Assembly (NCBI GenBank): GCA_051294375.1
Contig: CM119265.1
Coordinates: 5,813,696-5,877,695 of the forward strand
Direction: 5' to 3'
Origin: Paraspadella gotoi
Taxonomy: Eukaryota > Animalia > Chaetognatha
DNA: 64,000 nucleotides
Positions 40,788 to 52,534 of this stretch are shown here, piece by piece. Position 1 is the first letter of the stretch. Every line of letters begins with the position of its first letter. The notes beneath the pieces were generated by a model that did not search any database, was not told the DNA's origin, and worked only from the letters and a program-made list of their open reading frames with translations. The position numbers and the translations under genes were made by a program.

Positions 40788-43700
40788 GAGAACAATTTCC
40801 CCTGCTTCTCCTTTCTATACTTATTCTCCCTCCCTCCAGGATTTTTTTTTTACGGTTTCGTCTATGTAGTATTCTTCTTTTCTCCTCCCTTTTATTATCT
40901 TTCATTGTTGCATTACAGAAGTGGTTATTTCTTATTTTTTTTTTCTACGATGTTTTTTTCTCATTTTTAATATTTTTTGTTTCTTTTGTGTGTTGTTGTT
41001 TGTCATATGTGCTTCATTATTCTCCTTTTGTCCGCTGTATAGTTTGGATACGTTGAGAAGACTGGTTTTTTTTTCGCCATCACATTTTTAAAAAAATGTT
41101 ATATATTCCAAGTACTTTGGAGAAATTGACAGGGTTTCCTAGTTTCCACTTCTGACATCTATTTTTTAGCGACTAGAACAACAAAAAACTCTAATTTTCC
41201 ATCGCATTTTAAAATCGGGGAAGTCATTTGAAAATATGATTTTACAGTGTAACAGTAGTATATCATATAGTTACGTGGTACAACAGGCGGCTTTTAGTAC
41301 ATTAATAATACCTTTTAATTCCTTTTGTAATTATCAAAAAAAACATATATATGACATAATTTTATGTAAATTCTTTTTTTGTTATTTTTTCTTTTTAATT
41401 TTCTCAAACGCCTTTCCTTTTGATCGACACCAATCCAGTCCTGATCTGCTTCTCTTCCCCCTTCATCTCCCTTCTCCCCTTTTTTCCCCTTTTTCCCCTC
41501 CAGTTCCTTCGATAAAATAGATTTCCCTGCGGGTCAGGCCAACGAACCCTTTCCCGGACCCAAACTTTTAACTTACCCTCGATTCGGGGAAGAAGGAGGA
41601 GCCAAAAGAATTTCGCGAATAAAAAAGAAAATATTCGTCGGAGGACTGGATTTCTTCAAACACGCAGGAGAATTCGTTTATTGTTCCTCTCTCTCTCTCT
41701 CTCTCTCTCTCCCTTCTCTCTCTCTGCTCCACTCTCTCACTTCTCTCTCTCTCTCTCCCTCTCTCCTCCTCTCTACTTCTCTCTCTCCCCCCCGCGGCGC
41801 CCCCTCCCTCCCCGCTTGCGCCTCCCCCGCACCCCCCCCCCCACCCCCAGCCCCCCCACCCCTCCCCCCCTTTCCCTCCCTCTCCTCTCTCTCTCTCTCT
41901 CGCCCTGCTCACTCTCTCTGCTCTTCTCCTCTCTGCGTCTCTCTCTCTCTCTCCTCTTCTCTCTTTTCTCTCTCTTCTCTCCCTCGCGATATCAATTCTC
42001 CCATTCCTTTTCGATTGCTTCATTTGTAACTGGTTTCTGGGAAAAGCGCTGGAAAATAACGCGCTGGAAAACGGAACGAGAAAGTGGGGAGAGAGAGAGA
42101 AACATATTTCTCCTTCTCTTTACTCTTTACTCTCTCTGCTTCTCTTCCTGGGCCGGGATACAATGACGTCATATCGGGTGCTTGGACCTGGCATCTAGTA
42201 CTGGTGTAGGACAGTAGACGCAAGGCTGTTGTTAAGGCAAAGATTTTTGCTCGTATAAAATGTTATTTCTCGTTGCGTTTATTCTCCGTATTATCTGTTG
42301 AATTAAACATCTTCTTTCTTTTTTAAATATTTTTGCATAAACTGTAGTTATAAGAATCGACAACGAATTCTATCCCGTGGAGAATTCAATATTTATGGCA
42401 CCCTCAATAATCGAAATAATAATTTTAGTACAGCAGCCTATTTTTTATTCTTAGTGAAACTAAAAAACTGCAGTCGGCGTCTCGGTATTAGCAAATTTCA
42501 TTGCGTCCAAGTCGATGGTGGAGGCGTCAACATGGCCCCGATAGATGGCGTTTCTCAGCTCAGCCAAATGCCCTCAATGCTTAGGATCTCCGCCCCATTC
42601 TCCCCCCCTAACCGTGGCAACGGCAAAATCTTATACCTGAGGGCGGAATATGATGGTCGCGCGACGGCGGAGTGTGGGCGGAGGTGGGCGGAGCGGAGGT
42701 GGCGAGGGGTATGGAGGTGCGGACCGGGGGAAAAGCCCCCGCCCTCTCAGCGTGATCCAAGGAAGGCGGGCCGCTCCCGGAATCGAAGACAGGTTGTTGG
42801 GGTGAGAGACCCGGCGTCGACAAAGCAGATGGCAACAATGGCTTTTGGTTCGGTTGTTTGGGAGGAATTTTGGTGAGGCGGAGGGAAGAGGGAGAGAGAG
42901 AGCGTGGGGGAGAGTGTCTGTGGTGAGAGAGGTAAGGCAAAGAAAAAGAAAACGGGATCTTCTGCCGGTGAATCTTTTTTTTTTTTCCTCTCTCAAGTTT
43001 AGACGCTAATTCCCGGGTTTAAAACTTCTTTGTTGTTTGACGGCTGGGGAGGTTTTTCTGTCAAAGTGGATTTTCAACGGATGCTTTGTTGAAGATTTTC
43101 GGGAGGGAATTAAATCTTTGCGATCAATGTTTGTCGGCGTCGATGGATACGAAGAAAAATAATTATTTTAACATCAAACAGAGGGAAATGTCTTTTTTCA
43201 GAAAAAAAAGAACAGTGCGTTATCTAAGAGGGAATTCACTGAATTAATCTGCTACAGTTAAGATTAAATGATTAAAGATTCATTAAATAATTTTCTTGAT
43301 TTGTCTGGGATTTTCCCCAGCATTTGAATCCATGTGTTTTCCTTTTCGCCATTTTATCCCATATTATATTAATTGCATAAAATGTAGAATTGGCTTTTTT
43401 TTTTTGCTTTTTGGGACTGTGTCGGTGAACTGGGGATTCCAGCGTGTGCTGGAGGCCATAATAATAATACCTACATTCTCCTGTAACTGTGACTGCTGTG
43501 CGCGATATTTCGATCTCAAATTTAAAACCCATCATTAGAGGACATTTATAAAAATAGGTAGACATGTATAGAAAGAAATAAGAAAAAGCAAAAGATATTT
43601 AAGTAATGCAGCAGGAACTGGAAAGAGGGGGGGAGAACGCCTGCAGCAGCAAGAACGAGCGTCCGCGAAGGAAGGCAAAGGGAAATTGAAGAGAAAAAAA

Positions 43701-43800
43701 AAGAAGGTGAGAAGAAACATTAAGCCCCATTTGGTGAAGGTGAGGTGGTTAAGGGAAAAGAGGCGGGGGACTTGAAGAGAAGAGAGAGAGAGAGAGAGAC

Positions 43801-43852
<52 letters not shown>

Positions 43853-44308
43853 AGAGAGAGGGGGAGAGAGGAGAGAGAGAAAGGAAAGAGAAAGAGAGAG
43901 AGGAAAAAAAACATTATTACGGAGTGAGAGGGATATAAGAAAAAGAAAACTTTTTTCAAACCCTTCCCAATCTCTCTTCTTCCTCTTTCTTCACGCCTCT
44001 TCATCCTTTTTCCTCTTCCTCTTCCTCCTTCCCTTTTCAATAGAAAACGCGAGAGGAGGCGAGAGGAGGCCATTCACGCCCGAGGGTCTGATTGGTCCGA
44101 GTTGACTTTTTTTTCTCTCTCTCTTCTTCCTTATTCTCTGGAATCAATTTAGTTCCATTCACGAGGGATCAACCTTATATCCACCGACCGATCGACCGTC
44201 GCTTCTTTCCTTTTCTTTCTTTTTTTTTTTAAAGAAATAAAAAAACCTTTGCTCTTCTATTTTTTCCTTTTTCTTTAATTAATGTTTTTTTTACTTTACC
44301 TTTTTTTT

Positions 44309-44339
<31 letters not shown>

Positions 44340-45872
44340 CCGTCTTTACTTCGCAACACCTTTTTCCCTTATTTTTTTTCTCTTATTTCCATTTTTCCTT
44401 TCCTTTTGTTTCATTTGCCTCTTGTTGTTCTTTTTTTCATTTTCCGCTTCTTCAAACACGAGGCTCGAATCTTCGTCCATTTGTTTCTTTCCACGCGATG
44501 ATTTCGAATACTTTTTCGACTCTTTTTTTTTCACTGTGATTATGACTAGACCATGTCAAGTTACGCAGTTTTATATCCTCGCTGGTTTACATTATACCAT
44601 GTTTTTTACCCTTTCGATCTACTTTTGCAACTTTCTACCCGCTAATTTTTACATTTCAAATTTTCTCTTCTTTTTAGCTGCGGCCGCGAGTACTCGCCGA
44701 AGCAACTCTTCACTTTTCGGTCATTTATCGTCTCTCCATCGGTCTGTCCCACTTTCGTAAATGCTCATAACAATAAGTTACAGTAATTAATAACAGTAGA
44801 GAAAGTTATTGCTAGTCAGGTAGTTCATGTCATGTAAACGTCATGTTCACGTCATTCAGTCATGTCACGGAAAATACCACATTGTTAGGCAGTCACTGCG
44901 GGGCGCAACATATTGGGAATTACCGTTCTTGTTTTTCGACGTTTTCTCGTTTTCCTTTTTCGCCTTTTCCCTTCCAGAATCTCCGACTCCGTTGTTTTCT
45001 TGGATTTTTACATTTTTTTTTAGTTTTCTCCCCGTTTTTAACAATAAAAAAAAAATTAAGTTTTTTTCTCTCTATACAGTTAACGACATACGAACAAAAA
45101 AAAAGAATTTTTCTCTACCAAAAAAAAAAATTATCGATAATGTTAAGCGATTCATTTCCCCAGTCAAACCCACAGCGCCCCCCCCCCAAACCGTGTTGAC
45201 TTCACGATCATTACCCAAACTGATGAGTTTTAACTACGACCTGCACCTCCCCCATTTACCATCTTCCGATATTCATTTTCTTATCTAACGTTACCGCAAT
45301 ATCGAATTGGGGACCAAACTAAGATCCTTTAACGAACCTAATTACTCGGTTTAAAAATCCTGCCGTCATAACATATCTCACTCTTTGTTTCCTCCCCCCC
45401 CCAAAAAAAAAAAATCTAAAAAATAAACTTTCCAATCGCAACCAGAATTCCCCCCCCCCCCAATGTTCCTTTTCGTCCAAGTATTTACCAGACTGTGCCC
45501 CTTTTCCCAGTGCCCCCGTTCCCTTTCAGCCCCATCCCCCCAGGACCCCTTCCCATCGAGCCTGGGCATTCACGCGGAATTTCGGCGCTCACATCTTTTC
45601 TTTTCAAACGGTTTTCCCTTTTTCTATTTTGCCAGTCAATAAACCCGACGATACGACAACGGGACGGATCATTGGTGCAAACCATGTAAAGGGAGGAGGA
45701 GGAAGAAGAAGAAGAAGCGGAGAAAAAGGGAATAATTCGATCTTTTTCTTTCTTACTCTCTCTCTCTCTGTCTCTCTCTCTCTCTCTCTGCTTTCATTAA
45801 TTTCCCAGAGCAAAAAAGGACATTGAGCAAGAAATATTCTCCATTTCCTTGCCTTTTTTTATTCTCTCAAGC

Positions 45873-45951
<79 letters not shown>

Positions 45952-46073
45952 ATAACTTTTCAAACGCGCCTTTTCAACTCTCTTCCAATACTCGCCTCAA
46001 CGGACTGATGGACTAGTCGTCTCGTCGTTCGTCGTTCGTCGTTCGTTCGTCGTCGGTTCGTTCGTCGTTCTTT
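39158..46073 (+). repeat. Unit copy 5 (forward mosaic)
   Basis: 39158-42019 mirrors 35991-38852 (coordinate sum 78010); 42586-46073 mirrors 19146-22633 (sum 65219); mirrored ORFs are identical. Confidence 0.93.
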
Positions 46074-46098
46074 NNNNNNNNNNNNNNNNNNNNNNNNN

Positions 46099-46260
46099 TC
46101 GTCGTCGTCGTCGTCGTCGTCGTCCCCGTTATTGATAATTGATATCGTCGTTTTGATCGTCGTCATCGTCGTCGTCGTCGTCATTGTGATTCCATCCCGC
46201 GTCGGAGAAAAAAATTTCATGAGCGGAACCGGAAATGAGGTTGGCGGAGGTGAGGGCGAG
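46099..46260 (+). other. Native, un-folded form of the fold-back junction region
   Basis: The loop sequence of both fold-backs lies here in forward orientation and continues into unique DNA. Confidence 0.85.
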
Positions 46261-47610
46261 GTAGGGTGAGGATGCAAGGGGTCACGAGTTGGGTGAGTGC
46301 AGAGACTGTGAGCTTGAGTGAAGAAAAGTAGATGACAACGAAAGTGAGTCTAGGTTCTGCCGTCTGAGGAAAGGGAACCTTAAACCTACTTCTTGTAAAG
46401 CAGACGCTTTTGTGAGAGAAGAAATGAATTAGATTTTATTCGTGGAGGCTTTGCGTTCAAATTTGAAAACGCGGGATAGCTGCTTTCGCTGAAATGAAAA
46501 GCGGAAGATGACGAGTAAAATGGGTATATTTGAAGTTCAAAATAAACCAGGTGAATGTACCAGGTACCAGGTATTATGTAATACAACGATGACGACGACG
46601 ACGGGAGTTTTTTGAGTTAACCTTCTGAGCGAAAATAATAATATGAATCGTTATTAACGATATGAATGGAGAGAAATAAAATAACGAGGTGAAAAACAGA
46701 AATAATACTAAATATTTCTAATTTTATTGTAGAAATATATCCCAGAAAAATTGGAGCCATGACGCGCTACTTACTCATCGCTATTCCCCTCAAACATCAA
46801 AAGTGAAAACAAAACAAGATCTCCATCTGTAGACTAAAGTCGAATCCAAAATTACGGCATCTCTCTCTNNNNNNNNNNNNNNNNNNNNNNNNNNNNNNNN
46901 NNNNNNNNNNNNNNNNNNNNNNNNNNNNNNNNNNNNNNNNNNNNNNNNNNNNNNNNNNNNNNNNNNNNNNNNNNNNNNNNNNNNNNNNNNNNNNNNNNNN
47001 NNNNNNNNNNNNNNNNNNNNNNNNNNNNNNNNNNNNNNNNNNNNNNNNNNNNNNNNNNNNNNNNNNNNNNNNNNNNNNNNNNNNNNNNNNNNNNNNNNNN
47101 NNNNNNNNNNNNNNNNNNNNNNNNAGTTTTAAAGCCTCTCCTCCCTCTCTCACCGATCTATTCCCGGAATCTAGGGCAAACTGTCTCTCCTTTACGTTCT
47201 CTCTCTCGTCTTTTTCCTCTCTTTTCCTCCCTTTTTTCACTTCCTCCGTTTCCTACCTCCNNNNNNNNNNNNNNNNNNNNNNNNNNNNNNNNNNNNNNNN
47301 NNNNNNNNNNNNNNNNNNNNNNNNNNNNNNNNNNNNNNNNNNNNNNNNNNNNNNNNNNNNNNNNNNNNNNNNNNNNNNNNNNNNNNNNNNNNNNNNNNNN
47401 NNNNNNNNNNNNNNNNNNNNNNNNNNNNNNNNNNNNNNNNNNNNNNNNNNCTTCGCCATTCACGGCGATTTCACTGCACGATTCACCAGAATTCACCGGC
47501 ATTCCTGGAAGTCCCGTAGCTAAGACTTAGAATTTTTACCATCGCTTAATCTACGTCAGCATTCGGCACTATTTTCTGATAGCGCTCCATTTCTTATCAC
47601 TACTACTCAA

Positions 47611-47720
47611 ACCTTAATTAATCCTTAATGTTTATCTTTAATCCTAATCCTTAACCTTAATTCATAACTTCATTCCTAACACTCCTCCCGTCACTTATTC
47701 CTTAACCATAACCCATAATT
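47611..47720. repeat. Degenerate (CCTTAA/CCTAA/TAACCC)-like hexamer repeat
   Basis: accttaattaatccttaa...atcctaatccttaaccttaa...cttaaccataacccataa. Confidence 0.5.
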
Positions 47721-47822
47721 TCTTATTCCAATTTTAAATTACCCAAACGGAGATGGGGCGTTTTTAGAAAATATGGCCCCAGAATTCAATTACCCTCAAC
47801 GCCCCAATTTTGCCTCCTCCAG

Positions 47823-48017
47823 GTTCGACTCAGGGGACGAGGACGCCGAGATGGCGCCAAGACGGCGTCGACGACGACGCCGGGGATTTCCGCGACGCCG
47901 GTCGTGTTGGCGCCGCCGTATTTCGCGCCGCCGCCGTCGCTGTCGCCGGCGATGGCCTACACCTACGTCCCGGGGAAAGGGCTGAAGAGAAGGATTTGTT
48001 CCTACCAGGGCGACGAG
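47823..48017 (+). CDS. Candidate internal exon (65 codons, phase 0-0), unknown protein
   Basis: ttttgcctcctccag acceptor, GAG|gttcgt donor, strong GC3/NCG codon bias; VRLRGRGRRDGAKTASTTTPGISATPVVLAPPYFAPPPSLSPAMAYTYVPGKGLKRRICSYQGDE. Confidence 0.45.
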
Positions 48018-51000
48018 GTTCGTTTCGATCGTTCGGGCTGTCTTGCTGCCCGGCTGCCATGGCTGCCCCGGCTGCCCGGCTACCTCGGTTGTCCGGCTTC
48101 CCCGGCTGTCGCGTCGGCGGGCGATCAACTCTTGCATTTCTTGCTCATTTTCATTCACTTTTTTTACCTGATTAGTTAATAGTTGTCTTCATTTGGGTTT
48201 TTTTTTACTGATTATGAAACCGAAATATTCATTCGTCACAAATTCGTCAACGTCTTGGTTAAATGCTTCAGTCAGACCCTGTCGCCTTGCTCGTTACAAC
48301 TTCGTCATGCACCATAAATATAAAGATGCCATATTTCAAATAAGAAATCTCGACCGAGGGTTGTCCCACAACCATTGTCGAATTCGTCCCATCTTAACTT
48401 ACCTATACTCACCTCGTCTCACCTCGACTCACCTCTACTCGCCCTCACCCAAAAAAAAGCGCGAAAATGAAAATATGCTCTTCGGTTTAAAAAAAAAAAT
48501 CATCCCGAGTCAAGGTCATCCCCTAAACTCGACTCTTTTTGAGAAAGAGCGCCGACTGAAAATCGAGCGGACGGCAGGAAAAAATCCTTTTTTGTCAAAA
48601 AGAACGTTATTACCTTAGGGTGAATAACNNNNNNNNNNNNNNNNNNNNNNNNNNNNNNNNNNNNNNNNNNNNNNNNNNNNNNNNNNNNNNNNNNNNNNNN
48701 NNNNNNNNNNNNNNNNNNNNNNNNNNNNNNNNNNNNNNNNNNNNNNNNNNNNNNNNNNNNNNNNNNNNNNNNNNNNNNNNNNNNNNNNNNNNNNNNNNNN
48801 NNNNNNNNNNNNNNNNNNNNNNNNNNNNNNNNNNNNNNNNNNNNNNNNNNNNNNNNNNNNNNNNNNNNNNNNNNNNNNNNNNNNNNNNNNNNNNNNNNNN
48901 NNNNNNNNNNNNTCTGTCTATCTCATCAATCCATTCATCTCGTCTCTCACGCTGACCAGGCTGAATATATTCATTGATTATTCTCTCTCAAGTCGCGTTT
49001 TACACTCACATTTACAAACACTCTTTTTCCCTACCTTTTCGACTAATAAGTTTTATTTTCTTTTTTTTTTTCTTTTTCCTAGTTTTATTTTTATGTTTTC
49101 ATGTTATGTTTTTTATGTTTTTTTTATTTTTATTAATCCTTACGGATATAAAATTTTATCAAATGTTTTTTTTTATTTTAAAAGTTTCTTTTCTATTTAT
49201 GTATTTGTCTTAAAATTATTTCTTTTACATATTTCAACCTTAAAAGTTAGTCTCGGCTGAGATTCGTACTAGAAAAGAAAAAGGGGAAAAAAAATGAAGT
49301 AAGTAAAGTAACGAAATTCTATCTATCGTTGTTAAAAGTAAAAAAAAAAAAANNNNNNNNNNNNNNNNNNNNNNNNNNNNNNNNNNNNNNNNNNNNNNNN
49401 NNNNNNNNNNNNNNNNNNNNNNNNNNNNNNNNNNNNNNNNNNNNNNNNNNNNNNNNNNNNNNNNNNNNNNNNNNNNNNNNNNNNNNNNNNNNNNNNNNNN
49501 NNNNNNNNNNNNNNNNNNNNNNNNNNNNNNNNNNNNNNNNNNNNNNNNNNNNNNNNNNNCGTTTTAGCGTTAAGGCGGAAATCGGCTTCAGCGAAAACTG
49601 CTTTGTTGCCTGGCTGACTTTTCGACGACAATGACGACCGTGACGACGACGATGAAAACGACGATAGCGACGACGACGACAGTGAGAATAACTACTCAAC
49701 GAATAGGTTTAAGTCGGGAGTAACGGCATAGAAAAGAGGAATGTGAGAGAAAAAAAGCCAAACTAGATACGTCAAGAGGAAAGTAAAGAGAGAAAACTAA
49801 ATCGTCTCAAAAAGATTGACTGATAATTGAGAGAAATCCTTCTTTTTTTTTTTTGCCTAAACGAAATTCTAAAAATCATTTCGCTTTTCGTTTATTTCAA
49901 TTTTCTATATTTTATTTTTAAACTTTTTTTTTGTTTTTTTTTTTTTCCATCTCGCCTTTTCGAAACGCATTATATTCGAAAGCGATTTAAAAAGAAAAAA
50001 AAATCGTAAATAGTAAATGAAAACGAAAAAAAAAAAAGTTGACGATATGTCTTCTTTCTTTCTTTCTTTTTTCTTTCTCTCTCGACTTTTTTTCTTTTTT
50101 CTCAAACGTCAGCGGCGGAGTCTTCGCTTCAATTCCGTTGATGCCAGAATCACTCGTCCAAGAGAGGAATGAGGGGGGAGGGTGTGAAAGAGGAAAGATG
50201 GAGAAAGGGGGGTGAGAGGGAGAGGGGAGGAAAAGAGAAAGTATGGAAAAAATGGGAGGAGGGAGAGAGGAATGTGGGTGGAGGGGTGAGAAGAAGAAAG
50301 AAAGAGAGGAAAAAGAGGAGAAAGAGTGGATAGAGAAAGGAAAAAGGAAAGGGGAAAGAAAGTGGATGGAAAAAAAAAGAAGGAAAGGGAGGAAAATCAA
50401 AGAGGGGATAATCGGTGATAGGAAAAAGAAGGGAAGGAGGAAAGAGGTAGAAGCAAAGAGATTAGAGNNNNNNNNNNNNNNNNNNNNNNNNNNNNNNNNN
50501 NNNNNNNNNNNNNNNNNNNNNNNNNNNNNNNNNNNNNNNNNNNNNNNNNNNNNNNNNNNNNNNNNNNNNNNNNNNNNNNNNNNNNNNNNNNNNNNNNNNN
50601 NNNNNNNNNNNNNNNNNNNNNNNNNNNGAGAGAGAAACCCCCTTTTCACACAAAAAATTTAAATTTTGACAGGGAAATTGAAAACCGCAATTTTTAACCG
50701 TCGTTTTGAAGAAAGGGGGAAAAAAACGGCCATTTTTCCCCTACAGAAATCCAAAACTTTTTTTTCTCTTATTTTCTCTAAAAGTTTTTTTACTAAATCG
50801 TTATTTTTCGTCTCTCTTGTGTTCACACTCTCTCTTTGGTTGTTTCTTTGAACTTTTGACTCCATCTTTTTATCATATCTTTAAAGTTTTTTTTTTCTGG
50901 AGATTATTTCCTTCGCGAGTTTTTTTCCTCTGTATTTTCTTGTTTCAGTTATTTAACTGTTTATTGTACGTATGTACGTACCAAAAGAAAATGGTATACA

Positions 51001-51495
51001 CGACTTTTTTTTATTTCTTGCCGCTTAACATCTTCCTAAATCGTTAACGTTTAACACACGCGTCTCCACCCTCAGAGGGCGCGGCTGTTTTCAAGGGCAG
51101 CCATCTTGGTTTCATATCTTCGTCTTCTATCTCGCGAATTTCGTCGACTTTTTCCCCGCTGTCTTTATCTTAAAGTCTTTGTTATTAAATTATTTATTAT
51201 ATTCTTACCATATTATATTCATATAATACTGTTATATTATTATTATTTTAGTATTATATTATATTATATATAATATTATATATACATTATTTCAGTAAGG
51301 CTGTCTTAATGCGGAGGCAAAGAAGGTGACTGGATATAGAATAAAGGCCGCCCGCGGACGGCCTAACCCCCCTAAGATTAAAAGCATTTAAGCATCCCTG
51401 TCTGAGTTATAAATTAAAACTTTTTGTCACTAAAATTATATAGTATGTGTAAATATTTTTTTTTTAATTATAAAAGTGTCACTCAATGTTAGCTC

Positions 51496-51497
51496 AT

Positions 51498-51547
<50 letters not shown>

Positions 51548-52534
51548 TCTCTCTCTTCTCTGCCTCTCTCCGTCTCTCATCTCTTCTCTCCCTCTCTCTC
51601 TCTCTCTCTTCTCTCTCGTCTCTCTCTCTCTCTCTTCTCTCTTTCTCTCTCATCTCTTCCGAAAACGCCTCACCTTCTTCCGCGGCTCGAGCGTCGATGT
51701 CGTCGTCAGCGTCGAAACCGGAAGTCGCGATCAAAGGTTAACGCCGCATTTACGACGCTACTTAAAACGTAGTTACGACGACGGCGACGACGACGGCGAT
51801 GACAACGACGGAGACGATAACGATGGCGTCGAAGAGGAGGACATCGACAATACCGCCGACAAAGACGAGGACCCTCGAGTAAGTTAACGCTGAGGACGAC
51901 AATGACAGCGACGAACCGACAAGAAAGATGACGGAGATCACAATGACATAATGGTCTTTCACAGATCCGCCATCACAATTGTCAGTTTAATGCGGGACGT
52001 AAATGATAAAGACGACCAAAATGACCGGAGGGGTTTGCTAAAGATGACAATGATGGAGATGAAGAAGTTACAAGATAAAAAAAAAGTCGAATATTTATTT
52101 ATATTTGTTTATTCATGAGAAAAACAAATATATAATTTCTCATTTATAATTTCAAACCGTTAAACGCCGATGAAAGCTTAATTGAACTAAAAGGCAAAAA
52201 ATGTCTGTTTTATTGTCAAATAGAAATCGTTGTAAATATTCAAACTTTGCCAATCTCTAATTTCTAAGCTGTACTGAATTATAGAGGAGACCTTTTCCAG
52301 GATTTTGATGGATAAATAATTGGAGTATATCTAAGACAATTTCAGTTTAATGACAACTACAGAGACGACAATGATGACGATGCTGTGGTCGACGACGACG
52401 ACAACGACGACGCTTCCATCGACTCTTCGGGTCTCAAGTTCCAACGAATGAAAATGAATCGAGAAACGTGGATTCGTTTCTTCGCCTAACGACTCGAGGA
52501 ACCGCAGTCTTCTCTTTCATGAAAATGAAAAAAA
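51496..52534 (+). repeat. ~1-kb block duplicated in direct orientation at ~57760-58968
   Basis: Same ordered text (GGCTCGAGCG, GACAAAGAC, AAAAAAGTCGAATATT, ATGAATCGAGA, GAAAATGAAAAAAA); the second copy is heavily insertion-corrupted. Confidence 0.88.
51660..52078 (+). CDS. Candidate acidic Asp-rich exon, possibly terminal, apparently frameshifted
   Basis: Follows a long CT tract; KRLTFFRGSSVDVVVSVETGSRDQRLTPHLRRYLKRSYDDGDDDGDDNDGDDNDGVEEEDIDNTADKDEDPRVS, with GAY-rich text continuing in shifted frames, then AT-rich UTR-like DNA. Confidence 0.25.

Larger units (their letters stand above)
46869..50627. other. Scaffold gaps 46869-47124, 47261-47450, 48629-48912, 49353-49559, 50468-50627
   Basis: N runs. 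Confidence 0.99.

Noticed and set aside
47611-47720. True telomere or chromosome end
   Set aside because: Short, highly degenerate and internal
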